Below the pieces are notes generated by a model that was not told the origin of the DNA, ran no database searches, and worked only from the letters and a program-made list of their open reading frames with translations. Below, piece after piece: positions 53,280 through 63,223 of a stretch of 64,000 nt of DNA (the stretch's first letter is position 1; each line of letters begins with the position of its first letter). Source of the stretch: a virus; IMG/VR virus record IMGVR_UViG_2537562057_000004; one strand, 5' to 3'. A program made the position numbers and the translations under genes.

Positions 53280-53558
53280 TTAATTATCCTGCAAGTATTC
53301 TTTTTGAAGTCTTAAAAGATCAACAAGCCTTGGAAAAGCCACCTTATGAAGAGGTAACTTTTCCCAAACGCCGTTCACACCACACGCCACAAGTACTGCA
53401 TCAATATGGTTTCTTGAACCATATATTTTCAAACTCAACAGTGATGGATCTTGAGATTCATCGTCTTTGATTTCCCAAACAATCAGATTCTGAATATTAT
53501 TTTGTTGAAGATTCCGGTGAATTAAGTCTCTAATAGCATTTCGATAATCATTTCTCAT
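53280..53558 (-). CDS. Tail X/LysM-like baseplate protein
   Basis: DPSLLSLKIYGSRNHIDAVLVACG. Confidence 0.5.
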   Translation of the reverse strand: MRNDYRNAIRDLIHRNLQQNNIQNLIVWEIKDDESQDPSLLSLKIYGSRNHIDAVLVACGVNGVWEKLPLHKVAFPRLVDLLRLQKEYLQDN

Positions 53559-53572
53559 ACTGTTTCACCTAT

Positions 53573-55111
53573 TTAAGCTTTAACAGTACTTACACGAGCA
53601 AAGCCACCAGTACCTGCTTTACCAGTGTTACCATTACTTTCGGTTGCAACACCAGGTTCACCAACAATGAGTGTCATGTATTGAATTTTTTCACTGATAT
53701 TAGAATATCTACAAACCAATAATCCGCCACTAGCACCGCCACCACCTAAACCCCAACCAAGATCACCAACTCCATTTGCGCCATCTCCACCTGCACCCCA
53801 ATTACCCTCTGGACTTACTGAAGCACCGCCTACATGATTAGTTTGATTTGCAGCTATACCTGCATTACCAAGTTTCCTAGAAATCTCAGTTATGTTTGAA
53901 TTTATAGTGATTGCCGTAGGTAACCCACCAGCACCATTTGAAAAATAACTACCATTAGACCATTGCCCACTAGTACCACCTTTACCACCCCCGACTAATG
54001 CTAAATCAAGTTCATTTAAACGTAAGCGAGTATCACCACCATCTGTACCGTGGGCCATTCTTGCCGCTTCCCAAATGCTGCCACCCCCACCTCCACCAGC
54101 ACCTACTAAAATGAATTCTTTTTGCTCTTTTGGTTGGATTGGAATGATATAAACACCAGGTACTGTGTAATCACCATTACCATCATTAAGTGTTTCTGCA
54201 GCAACTTGAATTACAGACCAACTTACAATTCCAGAATACCCAATTCGGTTTTGCCCTGAACGATTCCAAACTTCATAATCAAATGACTTTTCAGAACGCG
54301 TTATTGTCCACGCTTCATGCATGCTTTCAGGTGTTAAATGGATTGCATATTTTGAGTCACGTAAGTCAGTTACCTTTCCACCCAAATCAATAGTAGCTTT
54401 AGACCCAATGTTTACCCCTGCTCCCAATAATTTCGGATATTGAGAATCTAAATATTTTTTTAAATCCGTTAGCTGCTGACTTAAATTTTGGGATGAAGTA
54501 TCTAAACCATTAATTTGGCGCTGTAAATCCTCATCTTTTTCTTTTACGTCTTTTCTAAAAGCATATTGTGAATGTGGATCATTTTGATTTAAGTGTTCTT
54601 TGATTATTTCCTGTATTAACGCGCCGTACTGCGGGTGTGGATCTTCATCTGCACTATGCTGGTTCATCAACATCACTGCAATTGGAGTATTTGGATCAAT
54701 TTTTATAGTTACATTTTTTAAATTAACGTCAGTTAAAACAAATCCAAAAGTAACGATAGCAACCACGTTTGCATGCAGTGACATGATTGATTGAACTTCT
54801 GTAGTTGACGCCACTGCAAGTAAAGTGCCATCTGATAGATATATACCTAACTCAAACACTTCCATTGTTAAAGTTGGCTCAATACTCATCACAAAACGCA
54901 AAGTTCCAGTTTCTGTGTCTACACCACCACCATTAAGCGAAAATCTGGCTAATTCATTTTTAAGAGAAGTTAGGTTTTTCGCTTCAACTGATGCATCAAA
55001 TTTGCCGGTACCAACAGCAAGATGAGTAAGCTCCCCACCAAAGCTAGCAACATCGCCTGCTTTATTTAATGCATTCCGACCTGCGTCAGTTAAAAAGAAA
55101 TTAATAGCCAT
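53573..55111 (-). CDS. Tail fibre protein (collar domain plus glycine-rich C-terminus)
   Basis: FLTDAGRNAL, THLAVGTG, ELGIYLSDGTLLAV, two DPH.QY repeats, GAGGGGGG repeats. Confidence 0.8.
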   Translation of the reverse strand: MAINFFLTDAGRNALNKAGDVASFGGELTHLAVGTGKFDASVEAKNLTSLKNELARFSLNGGGVDTETGTLRFVMSIEPTLTMEVFELGIYLSDGTLLAVASTTEVQSIMSLHANVVAIVTFGFVLTDVNLKNVTIKIDPNTPIAVMLMNQHSADEDPHPQYGALIQEIIKEHLNQNDPHSQYAFRKDVKEKDEDLQRQINGLDTSSQNLSQQLTDLKKYLDSQYPKLLGAGVNIGSKATIDLGGKVTDLRDSKYAIHLTPESMHEAWTITRSEKSFDYEVWNRSGQNRIGYSGIVSWSVIQVAAETLNDGNGDYTVPGVYIIPIQPKEQKEFILVGAGGGGGGSIWEAARMAHGTDGGDTRLRLNELDLALVGGGKGGTSGQWSNGSYFSNGAGGLPTAITINSNITEISRKLGNAGIAANQTNHVGGASVSPEGNWGAGGDGANGVGDLGWGLGGGGASGGLLVCRYSNISEKIQYMTLIVGEPGVATESNGNTGKAGTGGFARVSTVKA

Positions 55112-55137
55112 AACCCACCCATATGATTTATTGATCT

Positions 55138-55178
55138 ATGGTAGTTACGGCAAAAAGGTTCGGTGGGGGGCAGTTCCA
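55138..55178 (-). promoter_or_regulatory. Putative late promoter
   Basis: TGGAAC-N29-TACCAT. Confidence 0.6.
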
Positions 55179-55183
55179 CAAAA

Positions 55184-57175
55184 CTAATCATTTTCTTTTT
55201 CGGCAGCTTCTCTTAAAGCACTGAATCTTGACTTACGTTCAGCTTGTTCACGGCCTTCTGGTGTATCGTCAGTGACATTTACAGTTTCGTAAGCTTCAGT
55301 GTAATGAACGTTTTCTAAGAATAAGAAGGCAAAAGCATCACCAATATCCGGTGATTTAATTCCCATCCGTTTCATTTCGTCTTTGCTTAAGATTTTATAA
55401 CGAGCAAAGTCATCAAAACGGTATGGAACGTGGATTAACTGATCTTTAATTTTCACATTGTGTTTCTTCGTTTTTATTTTAAAACGGCCACTTGCGATTG
55501 CTCGAGCTAAGCCAACATAAGCTAATGACCTTTTATTTGTAAACTCTTTTCTATTGTCATTACTAAAACATTGTGAGCCCCAATAAACAGGAACGTAGAA
55601 AATACCTTGCTTTTTAAGGTATTGGCCTAAACCTTTACCCGCCCCGTTATCATCTACAACTAAGTTAGCATTTGGGTACTGTAAAAGTAGCTCATTAATC
55701 TTTGCAAATAGTTCTAAGATATCATCTCTGTTTTTGCATAATGGAATATCTACAACTTCTACACGGCGTGCGCGCTCTCCCCATTGCGATTCACCCCAAA
55801 CTTTAGAAACAACAATTACTGAATCGTCACGGCCGACACCACCACCAACGTCAACCGTAATGACATAGCCGAATTGATGGTCATCAAAAATACTGGCGCC
55901 AACATACATTTCTTCAGTTTGACGCTTGGTAATTAAGAACTCGTCTGATAAGTCTGGGAATTCACCTAGAACACGAATCTTATACTGGGCATCTTCTCTG
56001 CTTCCGTATTTTTGCCGTTGTTCTTCTAAGGACTGCTTACTAACTAGTGGTGACTCTTCACCATTAAATGTGAGAGCAATCCATACCCCACCTGCTCGAT
56101 GACTTAACTTATGATGAGTTTCATAGAACATCCCCGCGTTACGGGTAGGCTGAGAGGTCATTACTGCACGGTTGTCTTCGTGCGTTAAGGCACCAAATGC
56201 TACATCAAGTACGGCATCATCTACACCACTGGCCTCATCGACCCAGACCATGTAGTTATCGCCGTGGTTACCTGCTAAGTTTGTAGGTTGATGTTTTGGT
56301 GCTGTCTTCGCAAAGACATACCATTTTTCTTTGTAGCCTTTGATGTATACAAGTTCAGATTGGTACCCAACATAATCAGCAAGCCAAGCCAAAGGCCCTT
56401 GCTTCAATCGTGCTAGATTGATACTGATTTCTTTCCACACTTGTTTCTTTAACTGCCCAATCTGCGGAGCAGTAAACATCATGATGGATTCATCAAAAAA
56501 CAAGAGATGCCATAAGGCAACAATACCGGCACTGGCCGTTTTACCAGTGTTATGAAGTACTAAGTCATCTTCACCCAAGAAAAATGGATCTGGATCGAGT
56601 ACAAAACCGTAATATTTACCTTCACCTAGCTCAGTAACCGATGTAATTTTTAAAGGCTTATGTTCCCCATCTATAAGCCTATAAGATGCAAACTGTTCCC
56701 TACTTTCAGGTTTAAGGTTCATATATTGAGAAACAAGCAATTCAATCTTGTCGCCCTTTGACCACCCGTTACCATCGTATAAAGAAATTAAGCAAAGAAT
56801 ATGTGATTTATTGAATGTATGAGCTTTACCATTCTCATATTCAAACCGGAACATTTCCTGATAACCGGTTACTGTTTTAATTACATCTAGTTCTGTCTTA
56901 CCATCTGCAGCAAGAATTTTATGATTTAGATTAATACGCTCAACTGGGATAAATTCCCCATTGGCTAATTTGATTAAAGTCCCTTTACCAAAGCAACCAT
57001 GCCCCGATGCTACTGAAGTACGGCTACCATCAAATGCAATAGATTCAAAAAGTAATTCTTGTTGCCATGTGGGTTCGACACCTAATGCTTCTACGGCGAA
57101 AGCATAGATGTCGTATCGATAACGCTCACAAAGTTCCCACCATTCGGGAATTTCTTTTAATGGTGCCAAAGCCAT
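55184..57175 (-). CDS. Terminase large subunit (PacB-like) containing an intein
   Basis: SVASGHG|TGKT Walker A, VWVDEASGV Walker B, VDVGGG, SPDIGDA. Confidence 0.9.
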   Translation of the reverse strand: MALAPLKEIPEWWELCERYRYDIYAFAVEALGVEPTWQQELLFESIAFDGSRTSVASGHGCFGKGTLIKLANGEFIPVERINLNHKILAADGKTELDVIKTVTGYQEMFRFEYENGKAHTFNKSHILCLISLYDGNGWSKGDKIELLVSQYMNLKPESREQFASYRLIDGEHKPLKITSVTELGEGKYYGFVLDPDPFFLGEDDLVLHNTGKTASAGIVALWHLLFFDESIMMFTAPQIGQLKKQVWKEISINLARLKQGPLAWLADYVGYQSELVYIKGYKEKWYVFAKTAPKHQPTNLAGNHGDNYMVWVDEASGVDDAVLDVAFGALTHEDNRAVMTSQPTRNAGMFYETHHKLSHRAGGVWIALTFNGEESPLVSKQSLEEQRQKYGSREDAQYKIRVLGEFPDLSDEFLITKRQTEEMYVGASIFDDHQFGYVITVDVGGGVGRDDSVIVVSKVWGESQWGERARRVEVVDIPLCKNRDDILELFAKINELLLQYPNANLVVDDNGAGKGLGQYLKKQGIFYVPVYWGSQCFSNDNRKEFTNKRSLAYVGLARAIASGRFKIKTKKHNVKIKDQLIHVPYRFDDFARYKILSKDEMKRMGIKSPDIGDAFAFLFLENVHYTEAYETVNVTDDTPEGREQAERKSRFSALREAAEKEND
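56549..56995 (-). mobile_element. 149-aa mini-intein in terminase Walker A
   Basis: CFGKGT N-terminus, YYGFVLD..VLHN C-terminus, Thr+1; too short for a homing endonuclease. Confidence 0.9.
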
Positions 57176-57194
57176 ACCGTAAAAACACCATTAC

Positions 57195-57707
57195 TTAAAA
57201 GATTGAAAAAGGAAGCATTGTTGGATCTACAGCATCTTCTTCAAACTGATTCCCTTCAGTAATTGAAAAGCCTTTGGCAATTTTCGTACTAGCCCAAACA
57301 GCTAATAGAATTGCAATGTGTCCATTGTTTAAGCTGCTGCTATCAAATTCTTGCTGAAGGCCGTTTTTATCGACCTTACGGATTTCAAGTACGTTTTTAG
57401 GGTTGTACTGGTTTAGCTTCGGCTCAATTTCAATTAACTTTGCTCTGAAACGAGCTTGGTAAATTGAAATCACTTCTTCTAAGTGCTCTTTAGCATTGAA
57501 ACTTAATTGCCAATTCTGTACTTGATCCGGTGAGTCAGTTACTACAACTGTTTGATCACTTAAATCGCTTGGTACGGGCAAATTTGAATAAACAGCTGTT
57601 TTTTGAATAACAAGCTCACCTGTATCAGCAAATGCCGCTCCAATAAGTCGAATTGGTTGATCCGAAAACCCAGCAACACGGCTGTCTATACGAATAATTC
57701 CAGACAT
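57195..57707 (-). CDS. Hypothetical phage morphogenesis protein
   Basis: ORF from MSGIIRIDSR with AGGA RBS. Confidence 0.55.
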   Translation of the reverse strand: MSGIIRIDSRVAGFSDQPIRLIGAAFADTGELVIQKTAVYSNLPVPSDLSDQTVVVTDSPDQVQNWQLSFNAKEHLEEVISIYQARFRAKLIEIEPKLNQYNPKNVLEIRKVDKNGLQQEFDSSSLNNGHIAILLAVWASTKIAKGFSITEGNQFEEDAVDPTMLPFSIF

Positions 57708-57718
57708 TACATTTATCC

Positions 57719-57919
57719 TTAGCGCCGTTTGCGTTCTAACTTGGTTTGGCATTCAATGCAGAATTTCACGCCACCTAAAGCACGGCGGCGCTCTGGTATT
57801 TCTTCACCACATTCAACACATTCTTTTTCAGATTCGCCTTCAAAACGGCAACGGTTCGCAATTCCTTGCTGCAACAAATACTCAGCACTTTCTTGTGCCT
57901 TATCGATTAAGTCAGTCAT
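57719..57919 (-). CDS. TraR/DksA C4 zinc-finger protein
   Basis: MTDLIDKAQE; CVECGEEIPERRR..FCIECQ. Confidence 0.9.
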   Translation of the reverse strand: MTDLIDKAQESAEYLLQQGIANRCRFEGESEKECVECGEEIPERRRALGGVKFCIECQTKLERKRR

Positions 57920-58715
57920 CTATACGCTCAACTGTGATTTCGCCTGTTTCTCTATCACCCTTCACACGCTGGTGATCAAGTGATGTGTACTGATCAGCTT
58001 GCACTACAACTTTGTCGTTGATTGCGGGCTGTTCCGTTGCTGAGCCGTCAGGTTCATAGCCATTACCTGTGTTTTGGTCGAATGGACCACCGAAACCGAT
58101 GACGTTAGGTGTATAACCCACGAGCTGAATATCTACAGTTGAGATAGAAAGATTGATTGCTTCGCTTGGGACTGGTGATGGAAAAAGTTCATTTTCAAAA
58201 ACAGTGAATGTTGAATTAAATACATGATCATTCCATTGCTGAAATGGCACATTAAAACGACGGTTATCATTGCTAGACATGTACGCGCAAAATTGCCCAA
58301 TGACTGAACGCAGATCATTGGGATTGGTGGCAAAGAAAGCGATTTGAGCACGTACAGTTGTCGGCACCAGACGAACCTTCACCCGTTTCTCATCAATGAC
58401 CGTTTCAATAAAATCAGGCACTGGTAATAATTGATTTACATCAGGGGGTTGGTCAGTTAACGCTGTTGCAGTAAGCATTACAGGTAAAAGCACTTTGGAT
58501 TCTTCCTCATGCTTCTGGCTTTTTCTATATTCAGAAAGCATTGCTTCTGAATCGTCCATCATCCGTGACGGACATGCTTTTATAGCGTTACCAATGGCTC
58601 TCAACTTCCAGTCAGCCGTTAATTGTGTCTCAGGCATATACCAAGCACGAAAATTGACAAGCTGCTTATACCAAGCGTTTTGGATGCATTTAAGCGAATC
58701 GTTGGGGTAATTCAT
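57912..58715 (-). CDS. Tail terminator/completion-like protein
   Basis: LLPVML..VRAQIAFFA pattern; structural operon. Confidence 0.45.
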   Translation of the reverse strand: MNYPNDSLKCIQNAWYKQLVNFRAWYMPETQLTADWKLRAIGNAIKACPSRMMDDSEAMLSEYRKSQKHEEESKVLLPVMLTATALTDQPPDVNQLLPVPDFIETVIDEKRVKVRLVPTTVRAQIAFFATNPNDLRSVIGQFCAYMSSNDNRRFNVPFQQWNDHVFNSTFTVFENELFPSPVPSEAINLSISTVDIQLVGYTPNVIGFGGPFDQNTGNGYEPDGSATEQPAINDKVVVQADQYTSLDHQRVKGDRETGEITVERIDD

Positions 58716-58717
58716 TA

Positions 58718-59623
58718 TTACCCCCATACACTAAAGATACTGCCAAAAGACTTTTTCGGCTTTTTAGCTTTTTCTTTTACACTTGGCTGATCCATGGATT
58801 GCAGAATTTGTTCAGCATGTTGTTGAACTGAATCAAAGCTCTTCACCGGATTTACCAAACCCGTATAGAGTTCTTTTTTGCGTTCTTCTCTAAGTTGTTG
58901 CAGGCGTTTCTGTTTATCAACTTTTTCTGAGAGTTCACCTACTAAGCCTTGAGCATTTCCTAACTCATTTAAAAGTTGAAGTTGGCTATTGATATTGTCG
59001 TAGGTCTGTAAGATTTGATCTTCAAGTAATTGGGCAATAATAATTTCAGGTTGTGATAACTGTGAAATATCTGTTGCGCTATCAAAGCAAGAAACAACAC
59101 CTTCTGGCTCTTCAGGAACAAATAATCCATCAAATAACTGACCATCCCCTACATTACTTGCATAATTTGGTTGTGCAACGAAATCAAAACCAAAAAAACC
59201 CGTTGGAATTAAACGGCCACCGACATTCTTGTAATTGACTGATGTGCTAAAACCACCCGCTTGGGCTTTATAATCTTGTAATGCGATCTCACCAGGCTCG
59301 TTATCATAAAACTCTTCTCGGTGTTCAACTGTTCCATCCTTTGAAGCACGTAATTCAATTGTTTTAAACGCCCGTGAAAGATATACAACTTTACCTTTAA
59401 TGATCACCGTTTCAGGCGGCACCATACCATAGCGCTGTCGAATTTGATGACCATAAAAACCTTGTAATGAATTAGTAGCAACCATTTCTTGTACATGGTC
59501 ACTGTTGATCAAGTTGACCATTGCATCTACATCGACATTACTTCGATCAACACCGGTAAATTTACGGCATCGATCATGTAAGTTGTAAGATAGAACTTTT
59601 GTCTTTCTATTTTTGCTAGCCAT
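58718..59623 (-). CDS. Prohead protease (P1 Pro-like)
   Basis: GFYGHQIRQRYGMVPPE, VEHREEF, AGGFSTS, FFGFDFVAQPNY. Confidence 0.75.
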   Translation of the reverse strand: MASKNRKTKVLSYNLHDRCRKFTGVDRSNVDVDAMVNLINSDHVQEMVATNSLQGFYGHQIRQRYGMVPPETVIIKGKVVYLSRAFKTIELRASKDGTVEHREEFYDNEPGEIALQDYKAQAGGFSTSVNYKNVGGRLIPTGFFGFDFVAQPNYASNVGDGQLFDGLFVPEEPEGVVSCFDSATDISQLSQPEIIIAQLLEDQILQTYDNINSQLQLLNELGNAQGLVGELSEKVDKQKRLQQLREERKKELYTGLVNPVKSFDSVQQHAEQILQSMDQPSVKEKAKKPKKSFGSIFSVWG

Positions 59624-59652
59624 AAAAAAGCCCCAATGCTGTGATTGAGGCT

Positions 59653-59693
59653 ATTGTTTCAGTTGTTCTACAGTTGAAATTTAATCAGTTCCA
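59653..59693 (-). promoter_or_regulatory. Putative late promoter
   Basis: TGGAAC-N29-AACAAT with RBS hairpin. Confidence 0.65.
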
Positions 59694-59695
59694 AA

Positions 59696-59923
59696 TCAAA
59701 TCTTTTGATCAAACTCAATCAATTCCAATAGCTTGTCATGCTGTTTATCTTCAATGGTTGCACCAAAGATGTATCCACTTTTAAGTGAGATAAAAACGTC
59801 ATAAAAGCTTTCACTAACCATGCCGCCTCTATGTTCACTTTGGGAGACTTGCAAACAATCCATTTGAGATAAGTCAATTAATTGAGAGCAACCACGCTTT
59901 CGACAAAAAATACTTAAACGCAT
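59696..59923 (-). CDS. Hypothetical protein
   Basis: 75-aa ORF with GGGGTG RBS. Confidence 0.55.
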   Translation of the reverse strand: MRLSIFCRKRGCSQLIDLSQMDCLQVSQSEHRGGMVSESFYDVFISLKSGYIFGATIEDKQHDKLLELIEFDQKI

Positions 59924-59934
59924 ACATCACCCCA

Positions 59935-60393
59935 TTACTTAACAAGTGTGCCTTCAACACCACGAGCACGGCGTTCAGCTGTACGCTTATTAAATTCTTC
60001 TAGCGCACTTTCCATATAAATAATGGCTTGTTTGTTGAACTCACTCGGAAATTTTTCATCCAAGGTTTTAGTACGGTGAATAAGTACTTTTAACAATGCT
60101 TCACTGGTAACCCCATTCACACCATGTTCTGGAATTGGGCCATCCTGAAAATGAATACTGATTTCAAATTCTTTTGCATTTTGGTTTTCAGGATTTGCTG
60201 AAATCTTATAGTAATGGCCCTGAGCATATTCCGTGATGCCTTCAACCACTTCCCCTTTAATAACTTTATCAATTTCTTGTGGTTCTAATTCATGGCTTGC
60301 ATATCCTAAGAAATGATCAATTAATAAGTTTTCTCCCTGATCATTGATAGGTTCTGCGATTCCTACTAAAACATTGTCTTGAGCTTGTTGCAT
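59935..60393 (-). CDS. Tad1/Acb2-like anti-defence nucleotide sponge
   Basis: HYYKI..IHFQDGPIPEHGVNGVTSEALL..NKQAIIYMESAL..KRTAERRARGVEGT matches recalled Tad1 pattern. Confidence 0.7.
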   Translation of the reverse strand: MQQAQDNVLVGIAEPINDQGENLLIDHFLGYASHELEPQEIDKVIKGEVVEGITEYAQGHYYKISANPENQNAKEFEISIHFQDGPIPEHGVNGVTSEALLKVLIHRTKTLDEKFPSEFNKQAIIYMESALEEFNKRTAERRARGVEGTLVK

Positions 60394-60424
60394 ATAAAAA
60401 AGTCCTGAACTAATGAACAGGACT

Positions 60425-60465
60425 ATGAAATCATTTTGTATTTGAGCGCTAACTCAACAGTTCCA
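60425..60465 (-). promoter_or_regulatory. Putative late promoter
   Basis: TGGAAC-N29-TTTCAT with AGTCCTG/CAGGACT hairpin. Confidence 0.6.
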
Positions 60466-60471
60466 ATTGAA

Positions 60472-61086
60472 TTAAAGGAAGTTATAGACTGCATAAGGCT
60501 TAGCTGCTATTGCCGCTGTAAAGCTTGTTGTGCCTAAATCTCTATCAAATGCCATTGAGTGAACTTTAACGACAATATTGGCTGGTACTAAACGCCGTAA
60601 TATCGGTGACAGCTCTACCACTTCATTTGCATCAACAGTTTTATCTAAAACAATTCTAATCCGACTTGTTAAGAAGTAATTTGGCTTTTCAAAATCAGAC
60701 AAATAGGCTGGATATTCTTTTAGCTTTTCCAAGCTATGCCATAGCCGGATAATCTGAAAATGATCTTTCCCCCACAACATTCGTAAAACAAACTCTAAAA
60801 ACGCTAATCCTCTTTTATTACCCATGCTGCTCCAATTGGCATAGATAATTCGCATTAACGTGTCAGAGGTGTTATTTCGGCGTAATACAACAAGTCCGTT
60901 TTGTTTAGAGAACCGTTCTACAACTGTTTTACTACCGATATGAGGACAACCGTAATCCAATAAATCTTGAATGGACTGCTCAAAGTTTTGTGCAAATACT
61001 TGTTTAAATGCTTTAGCAAGTGCGGTTTGCAAGCCCGTACTTACATAGTGTTCATCGATAGGCCGAGTAAAGCTTATAGGGTCCAT
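60472..61086 (-). CDS. Baseplate wedge protein (P1 gp16-like)
   Basis: KRGLAFLEFVLRMLWG, FLTSRIRI, LRRLVPANIV. Confidence 0.65.
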   Translation of the reverse strand: MDPISFTRPIDEHYVSTGLQTALAKAFKQVFAQNFEQSIQDLLDYGCPHIGSKTVVERFSKQNGLVVLRRNNTSDTLMRIIYANWSSMGNKRGLAFLEFVLRMLWGKDHFQIIRLWHSLEKLKEYPAYLSDFEKPNYFLTSRIRIVLDKTVDANEVVELSPILRRLVPANIVVKVHSMAFDRDLGTTSFTAAIAAKPYAVYNFL

Positions 61087-62519
61087 GTAGCCCCCGAAAT
61101 ATCAGCGGTGCGTTCCAACTCAACAGTAATGCTGTCTTTAGTCACATACACCCACTCATTAGGCTTATTCAACTCATTTGAAAGCATAATGGTAAAGTCA
61201 CTCATCCGGTCTTGGAAAGCCACAATATTGTCATTAATCAGCTTCCCCATTTCTTGCGTATTAAAGCCATTAACCAGCCAACGACTTGAGCTCAATGATT
61301 CACGCCCGTATCGTTCTACAAGTAATTCTTTGATCTGTGTCTTAACCATATCAGTGTTATGTACAGAAGCCAAAGAGCCTTTAATTTTTACTTCAATTGG
61401 CTTTTCAACTACTTCATGTACATTCACTTTACCTTCATACAAGTTATCGCAATAACCAATATACCGACAGATATCTTGTTCTAACGTTGCTTGTTCAGCT
61501 GGGTTCTTCGCAACCACCACAAGATTTAAATGATTTATGTCACGGTATGTAATGGCAAAGTGTTGCTCTTGCAACGTTTCATTCCAGACAGAAATAAACT
61601 GTGCCCGTTTCATAAATTTTTTACGGACTGCATAGTCAAAGTTGCCGAGAAATACCGCATCTTCATCGTAAAGTGATGGATAGCTTGATAATAAACGTAA
61701 TTCTGATACAGCTAACGGATCTACGCCCTCTCTAATCAGTCCACCAGCTTTAAAACGCACTGATACCCGCTGTTCATCATTAGTAAGTACATCAAGTAAG
61801 GCCGCATCTTTTAAACGATTAACATCAACTTCCCCGTATGTCTCAAGAATTCCAATTATTACAGTTTCATTGGCTTGCAGAGTACGACCAGCTCTCTCAG
61901 AATCGCCAAACTCAATAAACAATCTTCTTAGATTATCTGTAGTAACTGTTACTGCATATTCACCTGGTTCAACATTCATCCAGCGCGGCTTAATTACATA
62001 GTTATTATTGCCCTGCTTAACCGAAATATTTGCAAGTGAAAGGTCCTCTAAAAGGTCTATTCGATATTTATGGAACCCTTCAGTAACTGGTACAACATAT
62101 TTAATTTCACGGTATTCACTTTGTTCTGCTATTACTTCCGCCGTCTCACCAGCTTTAACAGTAATTGATTGAAGCAACCGCCATACTCTACCGCCGCTAT
62201 GGTCCTCAATCATTCGCCCTTGACTTAAGCTCACAGCATTTGTTGACCGGTTGATAATTTCTATTAAGTGCTGACACGGTGTACCTATAGGCAAAATGCC
62301 TTTATTTGTAGCATCCGCAATAATTGAGCGGTCACGTGTTTTGGTAAATGGTTCAATTGAAGCAATATCGATTTCTGGACCAAATGCAGTCAAAAAACTA
62401 GCCATAGAACGCAGCTGGTGAACGACAAGTGGATCTTGAGCTTTATAGCGTTCCTGAATCTCATAATCATCTATCGCTGCTTGGAGCTGGGCTTCAAAAT
62501 CAGCTTGCGTTAATGTCAT
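61074..62519 (-). CDS. Baseplate J-like wedge protein (BplA-like)
   Basis: IEFGDSERAG, GVDP..ELR, AVFLGNFD, ISVWNE. Confidence 0.7.
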   Translation of the reverse strand: MTLTQADFEAQLQAAIDDYEIQERYKAQDPLVVHQLRSMASFLTAFGPEIDIASIEPFTKTRDRSIIADATNKGILPIGTPCQHLIEIINRSTNAVSLSQGRMIEDHSGGRVWRLLQSITVKAGETAEVIAEQSEYREIKYVVPVTEGFHKYRIDLLEDLSLANISVKQGNNNYVIKPRWMNVEPGEYAVTVTTDNLRRLFIEFGDSERAGRTLQANETVIIGILETYGEVDVNRLKDAALLDVLTNDEQRVSVRFKAGGLIREGVDPLAVSELRLLSSYPSLYDEDAVFLGNFDYAVRKKFMKRAQFISVWNETLQEQHFAITYRDINHLNLVVVAKNPAEQATLEQDICRYIGYCDNLYEGKVNVHEVVEKPIEVKIKGSLASVHNTDMVKTQIKELLVERYGRESLSSSRWLVNGFNTQEMGKLINDNIVAFQDRMSDFTIMLSNELNKPNEWVYVTKDSITVELERTADISGATWTL

Positions 62520-62838
62520 ATGTCTCACCTGTTACTGATTTACCCAATCGGTCTGCTACTTGGTTAAGATCTATATTCACATTCATGATGCTTAAATGAA
62601 TATGAACCGTCTCAAATCCTTCGGTTTGTGAATACAGGGCTAATTGGTCAGAGTTAAGCTCAGATAATATTGGTAGATCCTTTTTCATCTTAATAAGAAA
62701 ACTATCTGCCACCCTCGAGTCTAAAGGTGCCATTAGCAAATCATAAAGAGGTGCACCAAAGTCAGAACCATACTTCCCATTAACCGGATGATTAAGCCAG
62801 TACTCAACCATGTCTAAAATTGTTTTAGATGTGATCAT
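62500..62838 (-). CDS. Baseplate gp25/W-like protein
   Basis: WLNHPVNGKYGSDFGAPL..KMKKDLP. Confidence 0.6.
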   Translation of the reverse strand: MITSKTILDMVEYWLNHPVNGKYGSDFGAPLYDLLMAPLDSRVADSFLIKMKKDLPILSELNSDQLALYSQTEGFETVHIHLSIMNVNIDLNQVADRLGKSVTGETYDINAS

Positions 62839-63194
62839 TAGGAAGTTGCTCTATTACTGAAAATCATCAAAAGCTTTACTAGTATTGCAGTGCCGATCTG
62901 GTAAGTTGAAAAAATGGTGAAATAGATTATGAATATCCATAATGAAACGCTTAATGCATCAAAATATGAAGCAACGTTATAGATTCGCCAATCAACAAGA
63001 ATAATAGTGATCAATACACATGCCATACTTATGAAATACATATATCTGATTTCTTTAAATAAGAGGCTTATAGGCACATGACGGAATTGTTTAATATACG
63101 CAGCTTTATTCTTGCTATTCCATCCTGTAACAACGGAAAGATAAGCTAAAAATGCAAGAATTAAGACAATATCAATACCGATTTGAATTTGCAT
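62838..63194 (-). CDS. 3-TM membrane protein (start MQIQIG)
   Basis: Hydrophobic 118-aa ORF with AAGGGT RBS behind late promoter motif. Confidence 0.6.
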   Translation of the reverse strand: MQIQIGIDIVLILAFLAYLSVVTGWNSKNKAAYIKQFRHVPISLLFKEIRYMYFISMACVLITIILVDWRIYNVASYFDALSVSLWIFIIYFTIFSTYQIGTAILVKLLMIFSNRATS

Positions 63195-63223
63195 AAAAAA
63201 CACCCTTAATAAGAACTGTATTA

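Noticed and set aside
60967..61455. 162-aa plus-strand ORF and similar short antisense ORFs in the track
   Set aside because: Shadows of well-supported minus-strand genes
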